Positions 14,301-25,252 of a stretch of 64,000 nt of DNA are shown here, piece by piece. The stretch lies in the NCBI RefSeq assembly GCF_016433145.1, contig NC_058131.1, forward strand, positions 270,023,441 to 270,087,440, in the 5' to 3' direction. The notes under the pieces are model-generated. The model saw nothing but the letters and a program-made list of their open reading frames with translations, had not been told where the DNA came from and made no database searches. The position numbers and the translations under genes were made by a program. Source of the stretch: Gracilinanus agilis. Its lineage: Eukaryota. Positions within the stretch are counted from its first letter, which is position 1. Every line of letters begins with the position of its first letter.

Positions 14301-17300
14301 ATCACCCTCATGGAAGCAGCTGTAAATGTGTTTGTCTCAAGATGAACAGGGATGGTATATAGGGGAATCTGAAAGTTTAGGGTCTTAGTACACTTGGATA
14401 ATAAGGAGGGGATATAACAGTTACAGGCCATTGAACGTACAGGAGTCAAGATCTAGTCACTAGGGGTGGGGTGGATATAAGAGCTGAGAGTAGGCAAGCA
14501 GAAGGGGGAGAATTAGACGTTCCCTTGCCAGGATGTGGAGCAGCGGTGACTATTTCCATATCCTTATCCTTACTTCTATATCCTGTACCTGGCCTTAGGC
14601 CTTCTCTGCCTTCTACTACACTGTGGACTTCCTTCAGAAGATGATGAAGCTGCCTGTGACTTCTCCAGTGGAGCTGGGGGCTGCAACTAAGGCTCTTTGC
14701 AATGAGTCATGGGAAAAGGTAAGGCTCCTTTGATATCTGCACAATAGGTACAAGATTTTATAGAGTTGGGAGCATATGGGCCATTTCTGTCAATCACTCC
14801 AACTTCCCAACCCCATCTTGTCTAGAATGGAGGGCCACCATCTTGGTAGAAACTTTCATCAGCTGTTTCTCAGCCTGAAAGGATTGCATTTGTAATCCTA
14901 ACCTTAAGATCATCCAAAGGACAAGGTTTTGATGTCTACCTGATAGTTCTGATGTGATTTACACAGGGAAAGGTTTAATGAAGATAGATCAGATAACAGA
15001 GGTGGCCAAGCAAGAACACCACTGTTCTGGCTTTGAGAAAGTGTCATACAGAAACTATGACACACAATATGCAAAATGGCTGAGTGACCTATCTTGTTAA
15101 AATTAAAATTAAAAATGATCATTTGGAAATTCATGAGACTAAATAAAATAAATTATATGAACAATTAATCACTAACATTATTGCTCTTTTTGGCCATTAT
15201 CATTAGGGTGATTAATAATAAATAAGCATAAAAATATTTAAATAAATTCTTAAATGATGTTTTGAGAAGTCTGTAGCATTTATACTGGGCAGCTGAGTGA
15301 TGTAGTAGGTAGAACTCTTCATGAGTTCAAATCCAGCCTCAGATACTTTTACTAGGTTTGTGACCTTGGGCAAGTCACTTCACCATTTGCCTCAATGTCC
15401 TCATCTGCAAAATGAGCCAGAGAAGAAAAGAGCAAACCATTTTGCGAAGAAAACCTCAAAATGGGGTCATGAAGAATTGGACAGGATGGAATAGCAACAA
15501 AATAAGTGTAAAGAGAGAATAGAAGGGGGCCCAGGATAGAGCCTTTGAGTCCCCTTATGGTTAGGGTGTGTGATATGAAAGGTACAGCAACCAAAAAAAA
15601 ACCGAAGAAGGGCCAGACTGGTAGGAGGGGAACTCAAAAGAAGAGAGAGAAGGGGGCAGCTGGGTAGCTCAGTGGATTGAGAGCCGGGCCTAGAGACAGG
15701 AGGTCCTAGGTTCAGATCCGGCCTCAGATGCTTCCCAGCTGTGTGACCCTGGGCAGGTCACTTGATCCCCATTGCCTACCCTTGCCAATCTTCCACCTAT
15801 AAGTCAATACACAGAAGTTAAGGGTTTAAAATTAAAAAAAAAAAAAAAAGAAGAAGAAGAAGAAGAGAGAGTATCTAGAAGGGTGGTTAAGAATGCCAGA
15901 AACTTCAGAGCAAATAAGAAGGAGAAGAGATAATGAGATTTGTCAAACAATTAAGAAGTTTTTGGTAATTTTGGAGACAGTAGTTTTAGCTAAGTGAGGG
16001 CAGAGAGTGGTTTCAGTTAAGTGAAAGCAGCTAGATTGCAAAGGGGTGAGAAGTGAGTGAAAGGAGAGGAAGTGAAAAAGGGGGCAAATAGCTTCTTCTT
16101 GGAGTTTGGCTATAAAAGGGAGGAGAGATATAGATTGAGGCTATGGTAGAGTCTAGTAAAGGTTTGTTTGTTTTTGGAAGGTTGTGGCCTGGATGTTTTT
16201 ATAAGCAGCCAGAATGGAATCAGATAGTGTGAGATCAAGGATTAGTGGAAGATGATTGTGGAGATGATCTTCTGGAAAGAACTGTAGGCAAGAGAATTGA
16301 AAGTACTTGTAGAGGGATTGGATTTAGTAAGAATAAGGATTAACTCTTCATCAGCTACTGAAGGAAGCAAAGGCATGAGGATTGGTGTCAAGAGGTTTTG
16401 AGAGAAGAGAGAGCTAATGGCAAAAGTTCTGAATGGTGTTTATTTTCTCAATAAAAATAAACCTTAAGGTCCTTAGCTGAGTGAGAGGGGAGTGGATGTT
16501 TTGGGAGGATTGGGGAGAAAGAAAGGAAAGTTTGGAGTAGCCTGTGTGGGGAATGGGTTGGAGCATCAGTTAGGAAGGAGTAAAAGAGTTCCCTTGCTGA
16601 GGTGGGGGCCCAGTTGAGATTAGATATTATAAATTTGGAATGATCTTTGCTGGCATGGAAATGTGATTTCATCCAGCTCTACTCAGCAGCACATGAATAG
16701 GAGTGGAAGAAGTAGATAAGTAATCCAGGTTTGGGGTTTTTAGCTTCAAGAAGATTCTTTCCAACACTTTCACCTGCATCATCCCACTGGATCCTCCAAA
16801 GGGAAGCAAAGACACATGGATCTACTTCATAGATGAGGTAACTGAGATTCAGATAGAGAGATTGACCTGGAAAGATTCAAATTTCAGCTTAGGGATGGGA
16901 CTTATTGACCTCTAAGGCCATTTTCTAATTCTTTGCTAGTTCAAAACTATACAGTGAGTTAACATGAGAGACAGAATTAGGAAGAACTGGCTCTCCTGAC
17001 TCACTGGCAAGGGCTTTTTGACATTACATTACATCTCGTGGTTAATTAAATTGGAACTGATTATTATTGTACCAGGAGTGAACTTTTGCTGTCCACTGTG
17101 TCTGACTCTTTTCGTGACCCCATCTGGAGTTTTCTTAGCAAAGATTCTGGAGTGGTTTGCTATTTTCTCCTCCAGATCATTTTACAGACAAAAAACATAG
17201 GCAAACAGGGCTAAGTGACTTGCCCAGAGTCACGCAGCTAGGAAGTATCTGAGGCCAGATTTGAGCTCAGTCTTCCCCTAAGTCTAGGCTCAGCCTTTTT

Positions 17301-19025
17301 TATTATTCTTCACCATGGATCTGCCCACAAGACTGAGCTAATATTGGATAGTTTATTCTTGCCTATTGGGTCATTTGAAAGAACCTCAAGCCACTCTCTG
17401 TTCGAGTTCCCAAGTGACATATTTTTTTGTCTTTAAGAAGACCCAAACTTCCTATTTTGGTTAAAATGTTAATTTGCCAGCTGAGTACCCCATCCTTGCC
17501 CCCTTTCTGCATTTAAAGGCATAGAAAGGAGCACCCAAATGTTCATGTACTGATCTACCAAAGGAAATCTGGCTGAATTTTCTAGAGGGAGGCTATATGG
17601 CCTCCTTTAGTTATGGGGCAGATTTCTGATTCCTTGTGGTTATGGTTTAGTAGAAAAAAAGACTGAACCAAGAATACCTGGGCTTTGTGCCCTACTATGA
17701 TCCTAATCAACAAATGTTAGGAACAAGTTGAGGTACTTTCTCTGGGACTCTGTTTCCTCATTAATATACTGGAGGTGGAGATAGGAGGAAGTTAGATTAG
17801 AAAATCTTCAAGGTTCCCGTAAGCTCTGAAGTTCTGATTCTAAAATAGCACAACTCCTGGGAAAATAAATAGGGGTGGGAAGTCCAGACTCTGACAATGG
17901 CACTGCTAAGAGTTCTGTGCCCCATCTTCAGCTGTTGGAGCGAGATCCCAAGGAGCAGGCCCGCCTAGCAGATTACTGTGCCTGTGCTACTTTTGTATCC
18001 CAGCTCCTTGTTCAAGGCTACAAATTTGATGAAGATACTTTCCCCAGTATTGCTTTCCAGAAGAAGGTATGCATTGGATTGGGGGGGGGGGGGAGAGAGG
18101 GAAAAAGCAGGAAAGGTTGGAAGGGAGAGAGGAGGAGAAGATGGAAGGGAGGGGGCAATAGAGGGTGGAAGGGAGAGGGGAGGGGAAAGCAGAGTTTGGA
18201 AAAGAAGGGTCCTGTGTGATCCTGGGTGAGTCTTTTTCAGCTCAGCCCTTTTAGTTTTTCTGCTTTAGAACCAATATGTAGTATTGATTCAATGATGGAA
18301 GATAAGGATTTTAAAAACATGAAAAAAGAAAGGGAGAGGGTAAGAGAGGGTGGAAGGGAGAGGGAAGAAGTTGGAAGGAAAGTGGGAAGATAGGTTAGAA
18401 AGGAGAAGGGGGGGAAAGGGTAGGGGAGATAAGAAAAGTCTTTTTCAGCTTCTCCTTCTTTTCCACAGTAGCCCCTTGGAAATTAGAGTGTGGCTACCAA
18501 TTGGGCATTGCCCGGCATAGCCTAGCTTGGAGCTCTCTGCCTCATGGGTACCCAAACCCCACACCACTGTGATCCTTTACAGTCTTTGGCTGCTTAGACC
18601 AAGGGGAATTAGAATAAGAAAGTTTGTGGTTTGGTCTCCCTCTGAAAAAGTATATGTCCAAAAAAAAAAAAAGTATATAAAAGAGACGTGGGCAGAAAAA
18701 GTAACTGGAATTGGGAAGAAATGTTTGCTCACGCTTTTCAGGGAGAGGATGAGGGCAATGAGAGTGTATCAGGGAATTCAAGTGACCCAAGGGATTGTAG
18801 CTTCTTATTCTTTCTCCCTAGGCAGGAGACACATCTATTGGCTGGGCACTAGGTTACATGCTGAACCTGACCAACATGATTCCACCTGACCAGCGGAACT
18901 TCTACAAGAGCACAGACTATGGTTCTTGGGTGGTCTTAATTCTGCTTTTCATCATGGTCATTCTTGTTGCTTTGGCCATGCTTTTTTGCTTTGCTCATTC
19001 TTTCAAGTCACAGACTGCCATCTAA
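26..19025 (+). CDS. ENTPD2: Ectonucleoside triphosphate diphosphohydrolase 2 (NTPDase2/CD39L1); exons join(26..142,2520..2637,9123..9273,11651..11810,12316..12543,13796..14050,14599..14718,17932..18066,18822..19025)
   Basis: Exons total 1488 nt = 495 aa plus stop, all introns GT-AG and in phase. N-terminal TM ([29 protein letters not shown]) and C-terminal TM present. All five apyrase conserved regions are intact: [67 protein letters not shown] and the position upstream of NPDC1 identify the paralogue as ENTPD2. Confidence 0.97.
2335..2376. repeat. (TG)n microsatellite
   Basis: Long TG run with one TA interruption in ENTPD2 intron 1. Confidence 0.95.
2810..3165. mobile_element. Decayed hAT/Charlie-like non-autonomous DNA transposon
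   Basis: Left end CAGTGATTTTTCAAC and right end ACTTTGAGAACCAC resemble CAGTGGTTCTCAA-type TIRs around an AT-rich interior; no clean TSD. Confidence 0.5.
5364..5617 (+). mobile_element. MAR1-type CORE SINE
   Basis: tRNA-like head, CORE (gagttcaaatctggcctcagacact..gctgtgtgac) and MAR1-type tail (gccaagaaaactccaaatg..actgaacaacaa). Confidence 0.8.
5642..5877. mobile_element. hAT-superfamily MITE, 236 bp (possibly Tip100/Arthur-like; family uncertain)
   Basis: Ends CTGGGGTGTGCTGG and ttaaacatttaCCAGTATATCTCTG; 8-bp TSD gacctttc (5634-5641) / gaccttta (5878-5885). Confidence 0.7.
6290..7020 (+). mobile_element. LINE2 3' end
   Basis: Typical L2 3' sequence ending ttgtatccccagtgcttagcaca...tttattgaataaataaatg. 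Confidence 0.8.
7548..8300 (+). mobile_element. 5'-truncated L1 with A tail, nested in an older antisense L1
   Basis: L1 ORF2 C-terminal-like sequence (gtggtggcaaagaactggaaattgagggg...), 3'UTR and A tail; flanked by 15-bp TSD aagaattttcctcct (7533-7547) / aagaattttcttcct (8301-8315). Confidence 0.85.
8455..8840 (-). mobile_element. Antisense L1 3'UTR fragment
   Basis: Begins with a T tract and resembles the reverse complement of the L1 3' end seen at 7900-8290. Confidence 0.65.
9782..10037 (-). mobile_element. MAR1-type SINE
   Basis: gttgttgtacagtcatttttcagtc...tttcttggcaaagatactag...tgacttgcctagggtcacacagctag, the reverse MAR1 pattern. Confidence 0.8.
10480..11475 (-). mobile_element. Antisense L1 3' fragment (ORF2 C-terminus plus 3'UTR)
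   Basis: ORF 10817..11041(-) [35 protein letters not shown] matches the L1 ORF2p C-terminal motif AKNWK.P.CPS...W..K.W.I..MEYY..IKND. Confidence 0.85.
15285..15500 (+). mobile_element. MAR1-type SINE
   Basis: gggcagctgagtgatgtag..gagttcaaatccagcctcaga..gtgaccttgggcaagtcactt..gaagaaaacctcaaaatggggtcatgaag. Confidence 0.75.
15652..15849 (+). mobile_element. SINE1_Mdo-like SINE, short-tail variant
   Basis: Head GGGGGCAGCTGGGTAGCTCAGTGGATTGAGAGCC, CORE, tail cttccacctataagtcaatacacagaagttaagggtttaaaa; TSD aagaagagagaga on both sides. Confidence 0.9.
15875..16740 (-). mobile_element. LINE2 fragment, antisense
   Basis: Purine-rich degenerate sequence resembling reverse-strand L2 ORF2; boundaries approximate. 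Confidence 0.6.
17083..17295 (-). mobile_element. MAR1-type SINE
   Basis: gtctgactcttttcgtgaccccatctggagttttcttagcaaagattctggagtggtttgc...aagtgacttgcccagagtcacgcagctagg. Confidence 0.8.
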
Positions 19026-20090
19026 GTTAGGTGCCTGACTGCGATGGGTCAGGGACAGCCCTGACCTCTCTATTGCCCCCAGCCCTGCTGTCCCCTCCAA
19101 CTCTTCTAGAAGCAGCAGGACTGTCTCCTTTCTCAGTGTAGGCTTTATCAGAAAGGACATTTCACTGCCTCCTTCCTGGCATTTGGAGGTGGGGTGGTGC
19201 TATTTGATGGATTGTGGGGAAGGAAGAGACTAGAGCAGAGGAATAATTTTTGTAACTTGGTTTTCCCTTCCTCAGCTTGGGCAAATCTCTTCCTATTACT
19301 GGTTGCTTCCTTGAGGAGGTTGTACTGAATGAAAAGCAAAGTCTGGCAGAGATGCTGACAATAATTCTCACCAAATCTAGCCTAAGGCTTCTAGAGCTGG
19401 AGATCCCAGCAACCAGATTGTTCCCAAACCTTAGTCCACACATCTATTTGTGAGCAGGTATTTGTATGACCTGCCAATACTATAAACGTGGGGCAACTTG
19501 GCTTCCAAGAAGGCTTTGGAGAGGACATAGCCAGAACCCAGATTTGGTAATTAGTTAGAAGCCCCAGATCTGATCTGCAAGTCATGGAGTGGCAGAGATC
19601 CAGGCTTTAGCCCCAGTTTTCTGACCGATAGTCCGGCTTAAACTCCAGACCCCTTCTGTCCCCCTCTTCCATATCGGTCTTACTTGAATCAGACCCTTCC
19701 TTTACTGTGGCTCCTGGTATTCAGGGATAAGGATATTGACTGAGCTATTCAGGTAAGCCTATCCTATGGGGTAGGGATGGGTTCTGATCTCTCCATGGAG
19801 GACATTAGCCCTGTGAAGAGAGGCTGGTAAGACTTGATTAACGGAGAGCCTTGGGGATGGGGAGTAGAGATTAGGCTCAGTGGAGGGGGTTGGGGGAGAT
19901 CATGGAGATCACTGTCCTAATTTCAAACCCCAGAGCTGCCCAGCATGCATATGGTTCTCACTGTGGTGCTCGTACAACTTGGGGAGGGGGGAATTGGAGG
20001 AGAGAGAGACTTGCTGTTTGCATCTCTCTATGCCTGCCCTGGGAGATCCATGGATGCATTCATCACTTGTATTAAAAAAAAAAAGTTTGT

Positions 20091-20096
20091 AATAAA
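20091..20096 (+). terminator. Probable ENTPD2 polyadenylation signal (AATAAA)
   Basis: First AATAAA I could find after the stop, about 1.07 kb downstream, at the end of a unique 3'UTR-like stretch. Confidence 0.65.
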
Positions 20097-20470
20097 ATGT
20101 ATCCTGGATAACTAGCCAGTGCTGAGTCTCATTTCTCCCTGGGGGAAGTCCCCGATTGATCCCTGGCCCACATGCACAATGCAGAGCTATAGCCTACAGT
20201 CCCAGAAACCCAAGTGCTAAGGAGAATGCCAACTAGAAGGGTCACCTTGAGATCAGGGTAAGGATGGGTATGTGTGCAGAGCATCCTTCATGGAAACCTT
20301 CCTAGAGTAATCTACCTTGAGAAGATGGATTTTTTGAGCTGGGTTTTGAAGGAGTGGAGGTTGTCTAAAAGTAGAAAGGGAGAGAGGATCAAATCCATCA
20401 TTCCCCTGCCTTAATTAAGAATCAACATTATTTCTCCCAGGCAGAAGAAATTCATTAAGACTTACAGAAA

Positions 20471-20589
20471 GGGGGGCAGCTAGGTGACTCAGTGGATAAA
20501 GAACCATGCCCAGAGACAGGAGGTCCTGGGTTAAAGTATGGTTCCAGACACTTCCTAGCTGGGTGACCCTGGGTTTAACCCCTATTGCC
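20471..20589 (+). mobile_element. Truncated, older CORE SINE (SINE1-like head)
   Basis: ggggggcagctaggtgactcagtggataaag..gagacaggaggtcctgggtt..cagacacttcctagctgggtgaccctggg. Confidence 0.7.
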
Positions 20590-21013
20590 AAGTGTGAGAG
20601 TAAAAATGAATAAATACTCCAAGTATTCAAATATATAGGATTTAACAATAACAAAATGAGAGAGAAAAGGGATACCTTCAGCTGAGTGAGAAGAGCACAG
20701 AGAGCCAGAGAGCCAGAGACCCACACCTGCCACTGCTTACCAAAGGTAAAGCCCAAAAAGAGCCCGCAGATTGGGTTTCAGCCAAATTTATCTCTCAAAC
20801 CTCCTGATGGAAAGTGAGCACGTAACTTAAAAGGATGCTGGGGAAATGGATTTCAGGTGAAGGAAATTTTCTATTTGCACACTAGCTCTTATTAGTCTTC
20901 TGCCTAGGAACCAATACACCATATTGATTCTAGGATGAAAGGTAAGGGTTAAAAAAAAAAAGACAGAAATGCTGGGTATTTGTGGGGGCAGGGTACATGT
21001 GATGTGTGCATGC

Positions 21014-21014
<1 letters not shown>

Positions 21015-21048
<34 letters not shown>
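21015..21048. repeat. (TG)n microsatellite
   Basis: Pure TG run. Confidence 0.95.
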
Positions 21049-21051
<3 letters not shown>

Positions 21052-23361
21052 TCTTTGCCAGCCACCTGTACCAATATTTTATTACCTCCCTTAGGAGCAT
21101 TCCCTCCAGTCTCAGTTTTTTCTCTCATGAACATGCTGCTCTTGCTACTGCTGCTCTAGCCCATGTCCTCTAGTGTTCCCTGGGTAGAGAGGAAGTGCCA
21201 TGGAGTCCCAGTCTCTGGTTAGTCTGCAGGAAGCCGCAATGCACATTGGCCTGAATCTCTGTACTCTAATCTCCACCCAGGCAGATGTTTGGCTGGTGCT
21301 GGGAGGTGGAGGGAGAAGGGGGGAGGCAGGAGAAGCTGTTGTCACTGGTGACTCAGGGTGGATATGCAGAAGGGAGGGGAGAGAGGAGTCAGCACACCCA
21401 TAGAGACTGGATCTGATGTATAGGATGCTCAGCTTTAGACCAGCTGGGGGGAGGGGGAGCCACCTTTATCTTTAAACAGGGGCACTCTTTGACAGCATTA
21501 CCTTCAGGGAGATACTACTGACTTAATGTTTAGGAGGGGTTGAATGGAAAAGAAAAGCATGGATTTATGCCAATCTTCAGTATTACTACATGAATTATCT
21601 ATCCCCTGTATTCTCCCCCTTTGAGTCCACAAGGAGATGGACACACCCCACTCTGCAGCACAGTGGGCAAACAGCCCTGTGTCCACCTCCTCCAGCCAGG
21701 ATTACACCCAGCCAAAAGCCTCTCCCTGTATCCTCTGCAGTGCTGTTTAGGCCACTTAAAGATCCTGAGCACCACCGGCCTGGCTTGCCCTTGGAGGTGG
21801 TTTCTGTGCATCTGGCAAAGGTTGTGGGACTGAGCCCCCAGTTTTCTAGGCCAGGAAAAAGGTAGTGTAATTCTTGTATAGACTACTACTTTCCTCAGGG
21901 TTGGGTGACTGAGAGAGCTTTAAGAATTTAGAAGCTCTGGTTAAATATTTTTTTAAATGGCTCTTGACCCTAACTCTCCCTTGTTTCCCCAAATTTTTGA
22001 ATGGAATGAAAATTTAGAATGGAAATGACTTCTGCTACTCCCAGGCATGGATGGACTGGGTTTTGTTTACAATTAAAGTATCTGCAAGGCTGGGGTATAT
22101 GTAATTGGACCAAGAGATTATAGTAAAGCATGCCCCCTTGGAAGTTTTCTTAAACTGGGATGGATATAGCCATTCTGGTTCTTTGCAATAAGCCCTAGCT
22201 AGATGAGCAGAGAAGGTCCTGGGTCCTTCTTCCCCTCCCTTCAATTGGAATGATTCATCTCAAATGCTCCTGTCCTGTCTCCCCCCAATTTCTGGGAAAT
22301 GAGCTCAGAGGCTATTTTGGTCTGGCCAGGCTGACCTTCAGGAATGGGAAGGGGTGGGTGCAGTGAGGAGGGGGCAGGTTCTCCTACAAGTGAGCCCCTA
22401 CCAATAATCATGATTCTCCAATTGGGAAAGCTGGCCAAGACCAGCCCCGCAGTGTGTTTCTGAGCCAACCAGCCCTGCAGTGTGAAGGACTGGGGTTACA
22501 CCCTTCTTTTCCTCATAGTTGGAGGAATAAGAGTAGGCCTCTCCCCTGAAATACCTCCTGTACAGTCATACCAGCATCTCCTACTGGGAGACACTGGCAG
22601 AATTCTAACAGGGTGGTTCTGGGGTATAATAATGGGAAAACTGTATTATAAAGGACACAGTATGTTGTATCAAGGACCTTGAGATTACAATAAGAGAGAC
22701 CCTTGGGACTTTATGGGGGTACATTTAGGATGTTATAACAAGGACCAGAAGGGAACTGTGAATGGGATGTAACAAAAACATCAGGAATTGTAATAGTGCC
22801 TTGGGTCTGGGTACCTCAGGGCTTTGTAACAGCATTAGCTAGGTTCTGAGATGAAGTTGGGGGCATTGTGTCTAGGACCTTGAGCTTATTGTAAGGGGAA
22901 CCCCAAATGAACTTTACATACTAGTCTTTTTATCTTCCTAGAAGCACCTCTGATCATGGCTGACCGACTAAAGGCTCTTGACCTCTCAGAGGCTGGGGCA
23001 ACCCTGTAAGACTATAAATTGCAGAGGTGTAGATCTGCTTTGGTAAAGGGAATGGCCTCATTAGCAGTTCCACATATCAATGAACTCACTGGTCCAATCC
23101 CATCCCATTTAGCCCTTATAAATGTACTCGGTTCAGGCCAGCTTAACACGTGACTTTACAGTAGCAGACTAGAATGGTTGATTTAAAGTAAGAGAACCTG
23201 CATTCAAATCCTGGCTCAGCCACTTACTATCTGTGAGGTCTTAGGCAAATCACTTGATATCTTTGGGTCTTAGTTTCTTCATTTGTAAAAGGGGGTGATG
23301 ACCTCTATGGTTCTTTCCAGCTCTAAATTCTGTGATCCAGGTTTAGTTCATTCATTACGTC

Positions 23362-23794
23362 TTTTTTTTTTTAACCTTTACCTCCTGTCTTAGAATTAAC
23401 TTATTGTTTCTGAGGCAGAAGAGCAGTAAGGGCTAGATAACTGGGGTTAAGTGACTTGCCCAGGATTATACAACAAGGAAGTGTCAGAAGTCAGATGGGG
23501 GGGAGTGGGGAGAGTGGGCAGCTTGGTAGCTGGGTAGTTGAGTGGATTGAGAGCTAGGCCTAGAGATGGGAGGTCCTAGGTTCAAATCTGGCCTCAGACC
23601 CTTCCTAGTTGTGTGACCCTGGGCAAGTCACTTGACCCCCATTGCCTACCCTTACCACTCTTCTGCCTTGGAGACAATATACAGTATTGACTCTAAGACA
23701 GAAGGTAAGGGTTTAAAAAAAAAAGTCAGATTGGGGCCCCCGGTCCTCCAGACCCCAGGCCTGGCTCTCTATTCACTGGGTTACCTAGCTGCCC
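23362..23794 (-). mobile_element. Older antisense SINE1-like element split by a younger sense SINE
   Basis: T tract and tail at 23362-23496; head resumes at 23723-23794 (ctggctctctattcactgggttacctagctgccc). Confidence 0.75.
23497..23722 (+). mobile_element. SINE1_Mdo-like SINE
   Basis: Full CORE and tail ending gaaggtaagggtttaaaaaa; TSD aagtcagat at 23488-23496 and 23723-23731. Confidence 0.9.
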
Positions 23795-23810
23795 TTACCC
23801 ATTACTTCTT

Positions 23811-24000
23811 TTTTTTTTTTTTTTTAAACCCTTGTACTTCGGTGTATTGTCTCATAGGTGGAAGAGTGGTAAAGGTAGGCAATGGGGGTCAAGTGACTTG
23901 CCCAGGGTCACACAGCTGGGAAGTGGCTGAGGCCGGGTTTGAACCTAGGACCTCCCATCTCTAGGCCTGACTCTCACTCCACTGAGCTACCCAGCTGCCC
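23811..24000 (-). mobile_element. SINE1_Mdo-like SINE, short-tail variant
   Basis: T tract through to cccagctgcccc; 17-bp TSD cttacccattacttctt at 23794-23810 and 24001-24017. Confidence 0.92.
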
Positions 24001-24263
24001 CTTACCCATTACTTCTTATGGGAAGCCTTTCCTGATCCCTTGATTGTTAATCCTCTTTATCCCTTAATGATTAATAATAATAATAATAGCTAACACATAT
24101 ATTGCTCTTTAACATTTAAAAATCACTTCATATATATTATTTTATTTGATCCTCACAACAATCCTGGGAGGTAGATGATTTGCCTGTGGTCACACAGCTA
24201 CAGTGTTTAAAATATGTCCAGGATTTCCCCAAAGTCTTGCACTAAGAATTGCAACAGTTATTC

Positions 24264-24460
24264 TGGGGTTCAGCTAGGTGACTCAGTGGATTAAGAGCCT
24301 GACCTAGAAACCTGACGTCTTGGGTTCAAATCTGGCCTCAGACATGTTCTAGCTGTGTGATCCTGGGCAAGTCACTTAACCCCCATTGCCTAGCCCTCAC
24401 GGGTTTTCTGTCTTAGAACCAAAGCACAGAATTGATTGTAAGACGGAAGGGTTTTAAGAA
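24264..24460 (+). mobile_element. Diverged SINE1-like SINE
   Basis: cagctaggtgactcagtggattaagagcc..gggttcaaatctggcctcagac..cccccattgcctagccc..aagggttttaagaaaaag. Confidence 0.8.
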
Positions 24461-25004
24461 AAAGTCTTTCTGTATCTGTATTTTTACTTGCATTCCACTC
24501 AGTAGAACTTAAGCTTCTCGTTTTGTCTTTGGAACCCTTCAGCCCCTAGCACAGTATCTAGTGCATAGTAGTCACAAGCCATCTAATGAATGTTGGATGG
24601 CATTGGATTGGATTACAAACCCAACGGGACATCCTCGCCCCCTAGTGGTTGCAACAAGAGCCCGATCCTCTGGCTGGTTCTGATGGCCTTCCCGTGGGGT
24701 GTCTTGGTGCAAGGTTGCCTACGTGTGTATGTGTGCAGTGGGGCTGGGGTCTTTGTGAAGAGGTGTGGTTAAGGGCAAACGTTAAGCGGAAATTACCTTT
24801 CAAGGGCCCCAACCCCTGTCTCATAATCATAAGCCCTTTCTAAGACCCAGAGTTTGGGGAAGAACAGAAATGTAGGACTAGAGCAGCTGGTCTAAGGACT
24901 GCAGGAGGTGGGAGGAGACAAATCTTTCCTTTGCACTGAGCCTTGATTTCCCCTAGTGACCATTCCCTTAGTAGCAGAGGGGGGAAGTGGGAGGGGACAG
25001 GAGA

Positions 25005-25075
25005 GACGTGGGCGGAGCTGCACACGGAGGGGGCGGGACAAGGGGCGGACCCTAGGGCGAGGGCACCGCCCCCTC
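25005..25075 (+). promoter_or_regulatory. GC-box (Sp/KLF) cluster; probable TATA-less NPDC1 promoter
   Basis: GGGCGG at about 25010, 25031 and 25043, and CCGCCC at 25066, in a CpG-rich patch about 200 bp upstream of the NPDC1 ATG. Confidence 0.7.
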
Positions 25076-25195
25076 CAGCTGCTCCTGCGGTCAGTAGCCC
25101 AGCTCACGCAGTTCGGGCCCAGCACCTGCCAGCTCCAGTGGCTGTTCTGTCTGCTGCGTTTTTTGTGCCTCCATTTCTGTTCCCACGCGGTGCGG

Positions 25196-25249
25196 ATGGT
25201 CGCAGCACTCCTCAGCCAGCCTGGTGCGATGCTGCCCCGCAGGTGGTGA
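25196..25249 (+). other. 17-codon upstream ORF (MVAALLSQPGAMLPRRW*) in frame with NPDC1
   Basis: ATGs at 25196 and 25229, TGA at 25247-25249, one AGA codon, then the main ATG at 25253. Confidence 0.6.
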
Positions 25250-25252
25250 AGA

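Noticed and set aside
22660-22900. Weak periodicity (aggaccttgag twice, ttgtaa/ttataa words)
   Set aside because: Too degenerate to define a repeat unit by eye.
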